Positions 27,398 through 37,630 are shown, numbered from the stretch's first letter. The stretch is 64,000 nucleotides of DNA from an uncultured Thermofilaceae archaeon (GCA_964501905.1 CAZCTW010000002.1:67821-131820); one strand, 5' to 3'. Notes: generated by a model from the sequence alone, not told the origin. Made by a program: numbers and translations.

Positions 27398-27943
27398 CTA
27401 TCCATATTTCCAGACTTCGTTAAAATATTTCTCTTCCTGCTCCCCTATACTCTCCGATATTATCAGCACTGAGGATTCATGGTTTACTGTCATAGCGCTT
27501 TTAGTCCAATTGTGGCTTCCCACCATCACAATATAGCCGTCTATTATGATCAATTTGCTATGAGTTGTGTGCGCTCTCGAGTCATACTTTACCTGTACTT
27601 TATTCCTCATTAACCTGTTATAGGCTAGATCATTTACATCTTGACTACCTTCCAAAACTATTTTTACCTCTACCCCTCTTCTAGCGGCTACTATTATCTT
27701 CTCCGTGATAAACTCTATTGTATCGGTGTCAGTTTTGTAAATGTACATTATGACATGGATGGATTTGTTAGCTCTATCGATCCACTTTATCAATTCTTCA
27801 TAGTATTCTCTATCATTAAGAACTTTCACTACAATCTTTTTCTCCGCGGATCCCTCGTTTTCGCCCGTAAAGTTGCAAATATGCAATACTAGAGCTACAG
27901 ATATTATCATGAGGGAGAGTACAACTTGATATTTTCTGCTCAT
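27398..27943 (-). CDS. Phospholipase D-superfamily (HKD) protein with an N-terminal signal/anchor, Nuc/cardiolipin-synthase-like
   Basis: A single HKD motif (HSKLIIIDGYIVMVGSHNWT) and an N-terminal hydrophobic helix. Confidence 0.75.
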   Translation of the reverse strand: MSRKYQVVLSLMIISVALVLHICNFTGENEGSAEKKIVVKVLNDREYYEELIKWIDRANKSIHVIMYIYKTDTDTIEFITEKIIVAARRGVEVKIVLEGSQDVNDLAYNRLMRNKVQVKYDSRAHTTHSKLIIIDGYIVMVGSHNWTKSAMTVNHESSVLIISESIGEQEEKYFNEVWKYG

Positions 27944-28001
27944 TTAATCACCAATTACCTGGAGAAAATGATATTACTGGGACTAATAAAAATGCGTTAA
28001 T

Positions 28002-28838
28002 ATGAAAGTTGGAGACGCTCACTGCCACGTAAATCCCATCAAGGGATTAGGACCCAGAGAGGTAGCTAAGAGATTTAAAAAAACTGGTGGATGGTTTACC
28101 GGGTTAGTTAACTTGTTATCGTGGAGTTACGATGTGAAAATCGTAAATGCCGACGATTATAGAAAAGTCTATGAAATCACTCTTAAATCCGCCGATATTA
28201 TGAGAAAAGAGGGGCTAAACGTAGCCGTTATCTTAGGCCCTCACCCCGCCGAACTAGTGTCGCTTATCGAGAAAGGAGTTAAGCCGGATAAAGCCTACGC
28301 TATTGTGCTAAAAGCTTATGAAATAGCGGCGTCCTACGTAGCCGAGGGAAAAGCCAGCGGGTTAGGGGAGGCGGGCAGGCCTCACTGGCCGGTACAGCGC
28401 AATGTTTTAAATTTATGTAACCAGGTTTTAGACAAAATCTTAGAGATAGCTTCGGATCTCGACTGTGTCGTCCACTTACACTTAGAGGAAACTAGACAGG
28501 AGACTATAGAAGATGTATATGTGCGAGTTAAGAGGAGCGGCGCTAGGAGAGTAGTCGTACACCATATTAAAGGCGAATATGTGGGATTAGCCGTTGAGAA
28601 AGGTCTGTATGCTTCAGTTCCGGCTAGAAATAGGGATTTAATAGAAGCATTAAAACATGGCCCTCTCTTTGTCGTTGAGAGCGATTACCTGGATGATCCT
28701 AAGAGACCCGGCGCGGTTGTCGCCCCCTGGTCCATCGGCAGGACTTTCAATAGGTTGATTAACGATGGATTTTTGTCGGAGGACGCCGCCGCTAAAGTGC
28801 TCGTGGACAATATATCATTCCTGTACAGTGTGGCTTAA
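28002..28838 (+). CDS. TatD-related metal-dependent hydrolase/DNase
   Basis: GDAHCHVNP N-terminal metal site, later HLHLEE and VVHHIKG. TIM-barrel amidohydrolase pattern. Confidence 0.8.
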   Translation: MKVGDAHCHVNPIKGLGPREVAKRFKKTGGWFTGLVNLLSWSYDVKIVNADDYRKVYEITLKSADIMRKEGLNVAVILGPHPAELVSLIEKGVKPDKAYAIVLKAYEIAASYVAEGKASGLGEAGRPHWPVQRNVLNLCNQVLDKILEIASDLDCVVHLHLEETRQETIEDVYVRVKRSGARRVVVHHIKGEYVGLAVEKGLYASVPARNRDLIEALKHGPLFVVESDYLDDPKRPGAVVAPWSIGRTFNRLINDGFLSEDAAAKVLVDNISFLYSVA

Positions 28839-28886
28839 AGCGGTTATTTTATAGGGTTTGGTTATTGTATTACCTAGAGGAAACGT

Positions 28887-30329
28887 ATGGCGAAGCATCT
28901 TTACCTAATAAGGATTAGCGGCGAAATAGTCTTGAAATCCGAGCGCACTAGAGCGCGTTTTGAAAGGCAGCTAGTTAAAAATATCGTCGATATGGCCGTG
29001 AAAAAGGGGCTTGACGAGCCTAAGGTAGTCCGTGGTCAAGCTAGAATATTCGTGGAAGGTTCGAACGGGCTAGAGGAAGTTTTAAAAAAGGTTTTCGGAG
29101 TATACAGTTTCTCTCCTGTAATTCTCGTCGAATTTGAAGATTTAGATGATTTAGCTCTAAAGGCTGAGCAGATTTTTAAAAAAATAGTATCTGGACGCAT
29201 ATTCGCTGTAAGGGTTAAACGCGCTGGGGAGCACCCGTTTACTTCGATGGATGCTGCACGTGTAATCGGGGCGCGGCTGTATAAGTACGCTAAAGGCGTT
29301 AATCTCAAAAAACCGGAGGTTGAAGTTTTCGTTGAGATACGCGATAACCGTGCGTATTTCTATGATAAAGTAATCGCTGGCCCCGGAGGGCTCCCTATAG
29401 GCGTTAATGGCAAGGCTCTATCGCTTTTCTCCGGGGGCTTTGACTCGCCCGTGGCTTCTTGGTTTGCCTGGAAGAGGGGGGTTGCTCTAGATTTTGTCTA
29501 TTTTAACCTAGGCGGGCTAGACGCCGTTTACAGGACCATGCGCGTGCTTAAAGTGTTAGTTGAAAACTGGTGTAGCGGATATTCCCCTAGAATTCACATA
29601 GTGGATTTTAGACTTTTAGTATCTCGAATTACAAAAGAGGTAGAGCCACTTCTCAGACAAGTTGTCCTCCGCAGGTTAATGTATAAAGCCGCAGAGATAA
29701 TAGCTAAGGAGATAAAAGCTTGCGCTCTGGTCACGGGAGAAAGCTTAGGACAAGTATCTTCGCAAACGTTGTGGAATCTAGTTGTGGAGGAGGAAATTTT
29801 GGATATTCCGGTTTTACGCCCTCTGCTAGGTTTTGATAAACAAGAGATCATGGATTTGGCTAGGAAAATAGGAACTTATGAAGAATCCTCTAAAGTGAAG
29901 GAGTACTGCGCAATTGTAAGGGGGAGAGCTGCGACTAGAGCTCGCCTTGAAGATGTTAAAAAAGAGGAGAGGAAAATTCCGCTCGATTTGCTCGAAAAAG
30001 CCGTTGGCGAAAGGAGAACATATAATGTTTACGAGGTAAACCCTGTGGATTTCTTACCTAAAGAAAATATTGCCATAAATTTTATACCGGAAGAAGCAAT
30101 TCTGGTTGACTTGAGAAGTAGGGAAGAGTACGAGGCATGGCATCCAGCAAATGCTCTTCATATAGAAGACTTTACCTTAGAGTCTCTCCCAAAGGAAAAG
30201 GTCATCGTTTTATACTGTGAGTCTGGAGGGGTTAGCTATGAGCTGGCTAGGGAGCTTAGAGAAAGGGGTTTTAAAGCCTACAGTTTTGAAGGAGGATTGC
30301 CTCGACTTAAGAGAAGAATCTGTTCATAA
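28887..30329 (+). CDS. thiI: tRNA 4-thiouridine sulfurtransferase ThiI with a C-terminal rhodanese domain
   Basis: THUMP region, PP-loop SLFSGGFDSPVA, and a C-terminal rhodanese domain (LVDLRSREEYEAWH...VIVLYCESGGVS). Confidence 0.9.
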   Translation: MAKHLYLIRISGEIVLKSERTRARFERQLVKNIVDMAVKKGLDEPKVVRGQARIFVEGSNGLEEVLKKVFGVYSFSPVILVEFEDLDDLALKAEQIFKKIVSGRIFAVRVKRAGEHPFTSMDAARVIGARLYKYAKGVNLKKPEVEVFVEIRDNRAYFYDKVIAGPGGLPIGVNGKALSLFSGGFDSPVASWFAWKRGVALDFVYFNLGGLDAVYRTMRVLKVLVENWCSGYSPRIHIVDFRLLVSRITKEVEPLLRQVVLRRLMYKAAEIIAKEIKACALVTGESLGQVSSQTLWNLVVEEEILDIPVLRPLLGFDKQEIMDLARKIGTYEESSKVKEYCAIVRGRAATRARLEDVKKEERKIPLDLLEKAVGERRTYNVYEVNPVDFLPKENIAINFIPEEAILVDLRSREEYEAWHPANALHIEDFTLESLPKEKVIVLYCESGGVSYELARELRERGFKAYSFEGGLPRLKRRICS

Positions 30330-30386
30330 ATTTATCAATTGAAAAATTTATTTAGAGAAAAAGTAAATATTAATAGGGGGTTATGC

Positions 30387-30851
30387 ATGGAGGATATTCT
30401 TAAGTCTCTAAATGAGATAATTAAGAATATTGAAGCCGGGATAGAACAGGGCACCGTCCCCGAAGGCTCTAGGATGTATTTACAGAGGCTCGTTAGGGGG
30501 ATACGAGATACTATTAGAGTTCTCGATATCGTAGGTCGAGAGAACACTATACAAACTCCAATCTCTCCTAGTGCTAGGAGCGCGATGTATAATTTGCGGA
30601 GAGCTTTCTATGCGGTAGTGGGTAGATTAAGCAAAGAGAAAGGAATAGACAAAGAGAAAAGTACGGCCGAGTGGAAAGACGTAGCGACTAAACTAGTTGA
30701 CTTTTTAAATAAAGCCGGTATATCCGAGGCTCCAACTAAAATAGTGCTTTCCTATAACATCGTAGAGGAAAATGGGGTAAAGTACTTAAAGTTCGATAAG
30801 GCTGAGATTCTCTACTTTGAACTAGAGGGAATAAAGGAGTTAAAATTATAG
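30387..30851 (+). CDS. Hypothetical protein (154 aa)
   Basis: The ATG at 30387 is preceded by AGGGGG (SD-like) 6 nt upstream. The ORF-track start at 30339 is probably too early. No family recognised. Confidence 0.45.
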   Translation: MEDILKSLNEIIKNIEAGIEQGTVPEGSRMYLQRLVRGIRDTIRVLDIVGRENTIQTPISPSARSAMYNLRRAFYAVVGRLSKEKGIDKEKSTAEWKDVATKLVDFLNKAGISEAPTKIVLSYNIVEENGVKYLKFDKAEILYFELEGIKELKL

Positions 30852-30893
30852 TGGTTTAACACCTGACTACTCTTAAACGCGCTTATTTGTGGT

Positions 30894-32168
30894 CTAGCTA
30901 CTCTTCTTAGTTAGTTCTTCGAGAAGTTCTTTAGCCCGGTCATATCTTATTTTGCCTTCTCTGACCATAATTTCAACGATTTTATCCACGAGCTCTCCCT
31001 TAGCGCCAACCGATATGGCTATATTCCTGGCGTGTAGTTTCATATGCCCCCTCTGTATGCCCTCGGTTGCCAGAGCTCTCAATGCGGCGAAATTCTGCGC
31101 TAAGCCTATAGCGCCCATGACCTCGGCTAATTCATTTGCCGATTTAACACCGAGTATCTTAAGAGCTATTCTAGCTATAGGATGAACTTTAGTAGCTCCG
31201 CCGACTATGCCAACAGCTATGGGCATTTCAAGAGTACCAACCAGGTTTCCGTCTTTGTCTTTCTCCCATCTGGAAAGAGGTTCATAGCGACCGTTACGGG
31301 CAGCGTAAGCGTGTGCCCCAGCTTCTATAGCTCTGTGATCCTGAGCCGTAGCTAGAGCAACTGCTATAACTCCATTCATTATTCCCTTATTATGAGTCGC
31401 CGCTCTATAGGGATCCGCCGCAGCAAATGCCCAAGCAGCGACTATTCCGTCGATCACTTCTTCTCCTCCTATATCCTCTTTATAGACTTTAACTCTGGCC
31501 CTAACAAGCCTCTTATCGGCTAAGTTAGAGATTATCCTGAGGTACACTTTTCCTCCAGTTATTCTCTCTATCGTAGGCGCCACGGCCTCTGCCATAGTGT
31601 TTACGGCGTTAGCCCCCATGGCATCTCTCACATCCACAACTAAATGTACTACAACCATAGGGCCTATCGGCGAGTCGATAACCCTAACCTCTAGATCCTT
31701 GGCTCCGCCGCCTAGCTTTACCAAAATCGGATCTTGTTCGTTGGCTATCTCCAGAATTTCCTCTTTATGCTCAAGTATAGCCATTCTCTGATTCCAAGGA
31801 TCTTTTAAACCTACAACTTGTACTTGTCCGATCATTATTGGTCCAGTGGTCGTGACATGAATACCTCCATCTCTTCTCATAAGCCTCGCAGCGTTGCTGG
31901 CAGCCGCTACTACTGAAGGTTCCTCCAGAACCATAGGCACTAGATAGTCTTTGCCGTTTATCAAGAAGTTCACAGCGACAGCGAAAGGATAGGCCATCGT
32001 ACCTATAACGTTTTCAATCATTCTATCGGCTATCTCTAAGTCTAGGTTCCCTACCTTCTTTAGGAGATTTACCTCTTCTTCTGTTAAGTTGGCGAATTCC
32101 GCTACTTTCTTCAATCTTTCCTCAATACTGAGTTTGTAAAAGCCCGGAAACCTTGAGGTTTTTTCCAT
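30894..32168 (-). CDS. hmgA: HMG-CoA reductase, class II type
   Basis: ENVIGTMAYPFAVAVNFLINGKDYLVPMVLEEPSVVAAASNAARL matches the class II block (Pseudomonas mevalonii type EEPSxVAAAS) rather than the class I pattern. Length is 424 aa. Confidence 0.9.
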   Translation of the reverse strand: MEKTSRFPGFYKLSIEERLKKVAEFANLTEEEVNLLKKVGNLDLEIADRMIENVIGTMAYPFAVAVNFLINGKDYLVPMVLEEPSVVAAASNAARLMRRDGGIHVTTTGPIMIGQVQVVGLKDPWNQRMAILEHKEEILEIANEQDPILVKLGGGAKDLEVRVIDSPIGPMVVVHLVVDVRDAMGANAVNTMAEAVAPTIERITGGKVYLRIISNLADKRLVRARVKVYKEDIGGEEVIDGIVAAWAFAAADPYRAATHNKGIMNGVIAVALATAQDHRAIEAGAHAYAARNGRYEPLSRWEKDKDGNLVGTLEMPIAVGIVGGATKVHPIARIALKILGVKSANELAEVMGAIGLAQNFAALRALATEGIQRGHMKLHARNIAISVGAKGELVDKIVEIMVREGKIRYDRAKELLEELTKKSS

Positions 32169-32503
32169 GCTTTCACCTATTGAGGTAGGAGTTATTAAAA
32201 GACGAACATAAATGTTATGTAGGAGTAGCAGTTTGAAAAATAATACAAAAACGGATTCTGATATATACCTAGTTAAAAGGCCTAAGCTATGGCTATAAAT
32301 CGATATTAAGACGTGCCAGGTGATTTCTAGCTTTAAGATAGAGTATGACTCTCAACTCAAGTTCCAGAAGCCAAAAATATACCCCTAGTACTTGAGAAGA
32401 ACTTTAAGCTAGTAAACTGTCTTCAAAGAACTATTTCAGCTGCACTAGGGTTTAAAACCATAGGTTTATAGCTTCGCTACGCGTTATTACCTCGGTAATA
32501 TTC

Positions 32504-32905
32504 ATGAGTTTAAGGCGGAAAATTGAAGAGTTAAAAGCGAGAGAAGACGATCTTGGGAGGCTACAGCTCGATGTTATAAGAGTTCTAACGATTTTTAACG
32601 GTGTGTTATGGATGAGCGAAATGATACCAGATATAATGAAAATACATGGATACGTAATGAATTACCTACCGACCGAGAAAATGTTGGAGAACGCCTTGAA
32701 AGAGCTAGAATCTGATGGTATTGTAACTGTAGAAGCTAGAGAAAGGGGCATGATGTTCTCTAAGGGGGTATATAGGGATAAGTTAGTTAAGCTCCAGAAC
32801 CTAGGAGAAGCGAAAGCTGTATTGGCTTCTGATAATGTTTACAGGAACTATATGTATCGTAAAATGGAAATGCTCCGTCGGGCTCTCGAGCGTTTTGAAA
32901 AATAA
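32504..32905 (+). CDS. Hypothetical protein, possible winged-helix fold
   Basis: 133-aa ORF with a helical N-terminus followed by ELESDGIVTVEARERG, which resembles a wHTH wing. Weak evidence. Confidence 0.4.
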   Translation: MSLRRKIEELKAREDDLGRLQLDVIRVLTIFNGVLWMSEMIPDIMKIHGYVMNYLPTEKMLENALKELESDGIVTVEARERGMMFSKGVYRDKLVKLQNLGEAKAVLASDNVYRNYMYRKMEMLRRALERFEK

Positions 32906-32906
32906 T

Positions 32907-33395
32907 CTATATCCCTCTTTTATCCTTTATATAGTCGTAGAACTTATAGACAAATGTTACCTGAAGAGGAGATTCTAGGCTCCTAGGCTTTATTCTCCTA
33001 ATTTTCTCTATTGCATCCTCTGGATGTAAGCCGTATCTATAGATTAGGAGGCAAGCCGCTATAGTCCCTGTCCTCCCTAAGCCTCCATAGCAGTGTATTA
33101 AAACGGGTTTTTTCTCTTCCATTCTCTCGCTTATCCATTTAACGATTTCTATACACTGGGATATCGATGGCACGTGGAAATCCTTTATCGGGGCATGAAG
33201 TGCTTCAAAGCCTTTCTCTTTGAGTAATTTAAGGTAATTTTTAATCCCCCCGAGATGTAGAAGCTCGTGTGCCTCTACTAAAATCACTACTGCTTTTATA
33301 CCTTCCCTTTTCCAATGCTCGATATCCCTTATCGATCTTGGAATTGGGGAAATTGCCAGTTTTCTTCTCACCACCCACTTAACTCGTGAGCTCAC
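32907..33395 (-). CDS. Protein tyrosine / dual-specificity phosphatase
   Basis: CX5R active-site loop HCYGGLGRTGT. Confidence 0.85.
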   Translation of the reverse strand: MSSRVKWVVRRKLAISPIPRSIRDIEHWKREGIKAVVILVEAHELLHLGGIKNYLKLLKEKGFEALHAPIKDFHVPSISQCIEIVKWISERMEEKKPVLIHCYGGLGRTGTIAACLLIYRYGLHPEDAIEKIRRIKPRSLESPLQVTFVYKFYDYIKDKRGI

Positions 33396-34171
33396 GTGCT
33401 AAACCCCACTAAATAGTCTAGAAAATGTACATACAGCGACGCCACGCCTCTCAGTAGGTCTAAGAGTTCTTCTCTCTCGCTGGTAAAACTGGATAAACAA
33501 ATGTAGCCGTCCTCGTTTATATCCACTCTAACTTTGTTAAATACATCAATACCGAAATTCCGGCTTATGCGCTTTTTTAAAGCTTCAAGCAAGTGCATAA
33601 GAGCATAGCTTGAAAGGGAAGCATCGTAGAAGGCAAGCCCATCTGACTCCACTGCGAAGCCATAATCTTCCTCATACACGTCAAACCCTACTCTCTTCGG
33701 CAACACTTTATATGTGCTCTCAGCCAACTCGACCACGACAGCTATCGACGAGTATTCCATCCACTCTCTCCTAGCGGCTTTGAAACCTCTATCTCTAAGG
33801 TAGTTCACTAGCCCATTCTCCCCCTTAGATTTATCCAATGATACCTGTATTTCATCCTCCTCTATTTCCCTTAACAGGTACAGAGGCCCTATGATCTCTC
33901 CTACAATAGAAACCGGCGAGTAGGGTTGGCTTAAGCCGTAGAAGAGGCAGAGAGCTTTGCCAGGAGGCCAGAAAGCCACATCTCCCGGACTTACCGATAG
34001 TTTCCCTGTACTCTTAAATTCCAGAGGCGTCTCAAAGTAAAACTCTTCCTTCCAGCGTATAGCTTTTGACTCTATCGGGAGTTTTTCAACTAGGTACTGG
34101 GAGAACGGGCTATCGTCATAGATGAATACTGGTATTTCCCCATAGTCTTTGAAATAGAGATTTAGGTACAT
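33392..34171 (-). CDS. Cyclophilin-like-fold (TM1367-type) domain protein with an extra C-terminal domain
   Basis: The N-terminal FKDYGEIPVFIYDDSPFSQYLVEKLP...GDVAFWPPGKALCLFYG resembles the cyclophilin-like PF04126 pattern. The C-terminal half is not recognised. Confidence 0.5.
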   Translation of the reverse strand: MYLNLYFKDYGEIPVFIYDDSPFSQYLVEKLPIESKAIRWKEEFYFETPLEFKSTGKLSVSPGDVAFWPPGKALCLFYGLSQPYSPVSIVGEIIGPLYLLREIEEDEIQVSLDKSKGENGLVNYLRDRGFKAARREWMEYSSIAVVVELAESTYKVLPKRVGFDVYEEDYGFAVESDGLAFYDASLSSYALMHLLEALKKRISRNFGIDVFNKVRVDINEDGYICLSSFTSEREELLDLLRGVASLYVHFLDYLVGFST

Positions 34172-34203
34172 AAAAGAAATAGAGATAGCGATGCTTTAAA
34201 TTT

Positions 34204-34482
34204 TTACCAGGTTATATAGAAATCTTCGAATTCTCCCTTGGGTTCTTCCCATATGACTTCCACTTTATCCACTCTAGCTAGGGATGGACCTCTTCTACAC
34301 CATTCTATCGCCTTCTTAACGGCCTCTTCCTCCCCTTCAAAGACTGCCTCGACCCTCCCGTCAGGTAGGTTTCTTACAAAACCTTTTAACCCTAGCTTTT
34401 TCGCGACCTTTAAGGTATTTGCCCTGAAGAAAACTCCCTGCACTATACCAGAAATATATACGTGCGCTCTAACTACACCCAT
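34204..34482 (-). CDS. acyP: Acylphosphatase
   Basis: [16 protein letters not shown]...[17 protein letters not shown] carries the signature VxGxVQGVxFR. Length is 92 aa. Confidence 0.9.
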   Translation of the reverse strand: MGVVRAHVYISGIVQGVFFRANTLKVAKKLGLKGFVRNLPDGRVEAVFEGEEEAVKKAIEWCRRGPSLARVDKVEVIWEEPKGEFEDFYITW

Positions 34483-34536
34483 GCGTTCACCCCCAGATAA
34501 TTACCACTAGAAATATTTTAATTAAATGATTGTTTT

Positions 34537-35805
34537 GTGTTGTTTACCCTCGCCGCCCATGGTGAAACTGTGGGAAGTACGCTCAAGAACATAGCGTTAT
34601 ACGTTTTACGACTATCTAGAAGTCTAATAGATTTCCTAGAGGAATTCGAAGATGCATACTCGACAGCTAAGCAATCAGCGCTGGCTTTATTCGTCAATCT
34701 AGGCAATCTTTTAGCCGGGTTATCGATTAATTCAGCTTTTAGAAGCCTAAAAGGCCACCCTCGGGTCTTCAGAGTTTATCCGCAAGTGCTAGGCACTAGG
34801 GGGATATTAACGGGCATATTCTCGGCTAGAACCAGTACAGGGCTACATTTAGGTTCCATAGGGACTAATTTGAGAGGGAATACGAAGTATTTCTATAGCA
34901 TGGTCTCCACGATGCTTGTTCTAGCTTCCCTAAGCGCTTTTATAATATCTTTTCTTTTTTTCTTATCATCGTTTAGCACTTCAGTGGAAGTCTACGCGGT
35001 AATATGTACAACGATAGCTGCTGTTTCACCTTTTTCTTTAGCAGTTATCTCTATTGTAGCGTTCCAGGTCTTCAAGAAAAAATTAGATCCCGATATACTA
35101 CTTTATCCTACTTCTTCAGTATTAAATGACATTGTGATATCCCTGGTGTTTATAGAGATAGCGAGGCTTGCCATTTTAGGACATGGAGTGTTTTTTGTAA
35201 TCACGGCGTCTTTGCTATCAGCGTTTTTTATAGCTTTAGGTTTTTACACACTCCTTCGAGGAGAAAAAGAGGTTTTGCTGTCCACTCTCAGAGAGGGTGG
35301 ACTCGCCTTGTTGATAGGCTTAACTATAGAGCTGGGCACGGGTTTGATTTTGAGCCGGCTTCTCGAAGTCGGAGGTGTAGCTAAGATAGCTATCCTGTAC
35401 CCCGTCATGTTGAGCACGCTAGGAGGATCTATATCCATTGTGGGCTCTATGCTAACTACTAGGCTGTCTACAGGCGAATTTGATTTCTCAACTTATTCTT
35501 TCAAACAGTTCGGTCAAAACATAATCGGATTACAGATGGCAAGCCTTGTTTTCCATAGCTCTCTATCTTTTATAGCCTCTTATTTGATGAGGGAGGTTAC
35601 GCCTTTAGAGTTTTTTACATTATCCTATCTATCCCACCTCCTAGGATTCACCATAATGATGCCAATAGTATTTCTGACGGTGTACGTTACTAATAGAAAG
35701 GGTTTAGATCCCGACAACTTCGTAAATCCCATAGAAAGTAGCATAGCGGATTTCGTGGAAACTGTTTCGATTTTAGTGGTTTACCGAACGCTTGGAGCCG
35801 ATTAA
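34537..35805 (+). CDS. Divalent-cation transporter with duplicated MgtE/SLC41-like membrane domains
   Basis: Two repeats of the MgtE-type TM domain, each ending in a DPDxxxxP motif (KLDPDILLYP and GLDPDNFVNP). GTG start. Confidence 0.7.
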   Translation: MLFTLAAHGETVGSTLKNIALYVLRLSRSLIDFLEEFEDAYSTAKQSALALFVNLGNLLAGLSINSAFRSLKGHPRVFRVYPQVLGTRGILTGIFSARTSTGLHLGSIGTNLRGNTKYFYSMVSTMLVLASLSAFIISFLFFLSSFSTSVEVYAVICTTIAAVSPFSLAVISIVAFQVFKKKLDPDILLYPTSSVLNDIVISLVFIEIARLAILGHGVFFVITASLLSAFFIALGFYTLLRGEKEVLLSTLREGGLALLIGLTIELGTGLILSRLLEVGGVAKIAILYPVMLSTLGGSISIVGSMLTTRLSTGEFDFSTYSFKQFGQNIIGLQMASLVFHSSLSFIASYLMREVTPLEFFTLSYLSHLLGFTIMMPIVFLTVYVTNRKGLDPDNFVNPIESSIADFVETVSILVVYRTLGAD

Positions 35806-35820
35806 GCAGTAAAGCTTATC

Positions 35821-37089
35821 TTGAGAACATTCTCTATTAACTCGGTGGTAAACGGATTGAGTAAAAAAATACACATTGAATACGAAGTCGAGTATCAACC
35901 CATCCCCGTCAAAGAACTGTTGAAGGAAATGAAAAATCTATCTACTCTCATGGTCGACCTAGCCTATCTGTCGGTTCTCTACAATGACATCGATTTAGCG
36001 ACTGAAGTCTACGAATTGGAGAGGAGGATGGATTACCTAGAGCTCCTATTGACGATGCAGGCTTCTCTAGCTACGAGGAGCGTACGCGATGCGGAGAAGA
36101 TAGTGAGCATCCATAGGCTAGCCACCGCTTCCAATAAAGTTTCCGACGCTGCCGCCGATATAGCCGGTATAGTGCTATCGAAGACAGGGCTACCTCCCCT
36201 AACTGTGAGAGATTTGTTCCCCCGCGAATCCACCGTGGCTAAAGTCGTGGTTCCTAAAGATTTGTACGAAAAAGGAGTGAAGATAGGAGAACTTATGGAT
36301 AAACTAGGCGTTGTGCTGAATATTATGGCGATTAGACGAGGGAAAGAATGGACAATAGAGCCTAGCGAAAATTCAAAAATCTATGGAGGAGATGTACTGC
36401 TCCTCGAGGGTACCGAAAAAGCTATCAACACTTTGAAAAAACACTTTAACCTGCCAATCTATAAGCCTCCGCCCACGATAAGCACTAGAGAATACATTAG
36501 GATAGCCGAAGGACTTTTCCAGCTTAAAAACACCTCCCAGCTCATGCTAGATTTAGCTTATACCGCTCTTTTGACCAAAAGCGAAGTTATAGCTGAGCGG
36601 ATAGAGGAGTTAGAGGATTATACGGATAGAATATCGAAAAACTTCGAGCTAGAGGTTATGCTTTGCAATAACTTGTCTGAAATGGAGAAATTGAACATTA
36701 TATCGATAGCTGTGTCCAGTGAGAACATAGCCGATGCCGCTCTGGAAATGGTAGAGCCCCTCCTTAGAGGATTGGAGCCCCATCCCATCATAATGGACGT
36801 CTTATGGGAGACCGAAGAGAGGATAAGCGTAATCGAGATGGACGAGACCGATGAAGGAAAGACTCTTTCAGAACTCGGGTACGAGGATCGAGGTATAGTA
36901 GTACTAGCTGTTAGACGCGGAGATAAATGGTATATAACTCCTCCCTATACGGGGTTTAAAGTCAGAAGCGGGGATATCCTAATAGTCAAGTACTTCTCCG
37001 AGTCCGAGGATATAGTCGAAGAGCTTGAGAAAGAGGAAGATAGAGAGGAAATGATAGAAGAAATTCAAGAAGAAGAATGGGAAGAATAG
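35821..37089 (+). CDS. Cytoplasmic regulator with PhoU-like helical repeats and two TrkA-C (RCK_C) domains; acidic tail
   Basis: Two copies of the arrangement LMVDLAYLSV.../...IGELMDKLGVVLNIMAIRRGKEW...GGDVLLLEG. The C-terminus is EELEKEEDREEMIEEIQEEEWEE. It is adjacent to the MgtE-like gene. Confidence 0.65.
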   Translation: MRTFSINSVVNGLSKKIHIEYEVEYQPIPVKELLKEMKNLSTLMVDLAYLSVLYNDIDLATEVYELERRMDYLELLLTMQASLATRSVRDAEKIVSIHRLATASNKVSDAAADIAGIVLSKTGLPPLTVRDLFPRESTVAKVVVPKDLYEKGVKIGELMDKLGVVLNIMAIRRGKEWTIEPSENSKIYGGDVLLLEGTEKAINTLKKHFNLPIYKPPPTISTREYIRIAEGLFQLKNTSQLMLDLAYTALLTKSEVIAERIEELEDYTDRISKNFELEVMLCNNLSEMEKLNIISIAVSSENIADAALEMVEPLLRGLEPHPIIMDVLWETEERISVIEMDETDEGKTLSELGYEDRGIVVLAVRRGDKWYITPPYTGFKVRSGDILIVKYFSESEDIVEELEKEEDREEMIEEIQEEEWEE

Positions 37090-37322
37090 TTCTCTATTTT
37101 AGCGCCACAATACCAGCAGTAACGGTTGTCAATTCTGATAACCCCGCCACAGCGAGGACACCGGATGTAATCCTCCTTAAACTCGGTTTTTCGGAGATTT
37201 TCGGCCCGAGCCGCGTTATATTTTAGCCTAACGCCACAGTATATGCAAAAATCCCCCCTTGGTACTTTCTTACCGCATTCCGGACAAACTACAAACTTCA
37301 TAGGCTTCTCGTCGAAGTTCAT
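37065..37322 (-). CDS. Double zinc-ribbon protein
   Basis: CPECGKKV...CIYCG and CPRCGG...CWYCG. Length is 85 aa. Confidence 0.6.
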   Translation of the reverse strand: MNFDEKPMKFVVCPECGKKVPRGDFCIYCGVRLKYNAARAENLRKTEFKEDYIRCPRCGGVIRIDNRYCWYCGAKIENYSSHSSS

Positions 37323-37351
37323 ATTAAAATCATTAACTCTCTAAATTTTAG

Positions 37352-37630
37352 GTGCAAGCAATGCACTTCCTAGACCTTCTACTAGAAAAGCCGAACACGT
37401 TTAAAATTCTCAAAGTGCTCCTAGAAAATCCAGAGCACGAGCTAACGAAATACGCTATTAAGAAATATTCCGCAACTAAACATGTAGAGAAAGCTTTAAG
37501 TGTTTTAGTATCACTCAACATGGTTACCAAAATTGAATGTGGCGGGATTGCTAAGTATAAAGCAAATATAAGCGATAATAGAGTTAGAGCCTTTAAGAAA
37601 TTCTTCAGCGAGATTGGCTACATAGAATAA
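37352..37630 (+). CDS. Small winged-helix (ArsR/MarR-like) DNA-binding protein
   Basis: NTFKILKVLLENPEHELTKYAIKKYSATKHVEKALSVLVSLNMV fits an HTH plus wing. Length is 92 aa. Confidence 0.5.
   Translation: MQAMHFLDLLLEKPNTFKILKVLLENPEHELTKYAIKKYSATKHVEKALSVLVSLNMVTKIECGGIAKYKANISDNRVRAFKKFFSEIGYIE

Noticed and set aside
27398-28838. PLD-family protein next to TatD-like hydrolase, considered as a possible defence nuclease pair (the DISARM DrmC protein is PLD-like)
   Set aside because: The genes are divergent rather than in an operon. The PLD protein has a signal anchor suggesting a lipid or envelope role. No methylase or helicase partner is adjacent, since the large helicase is 25 kb away.
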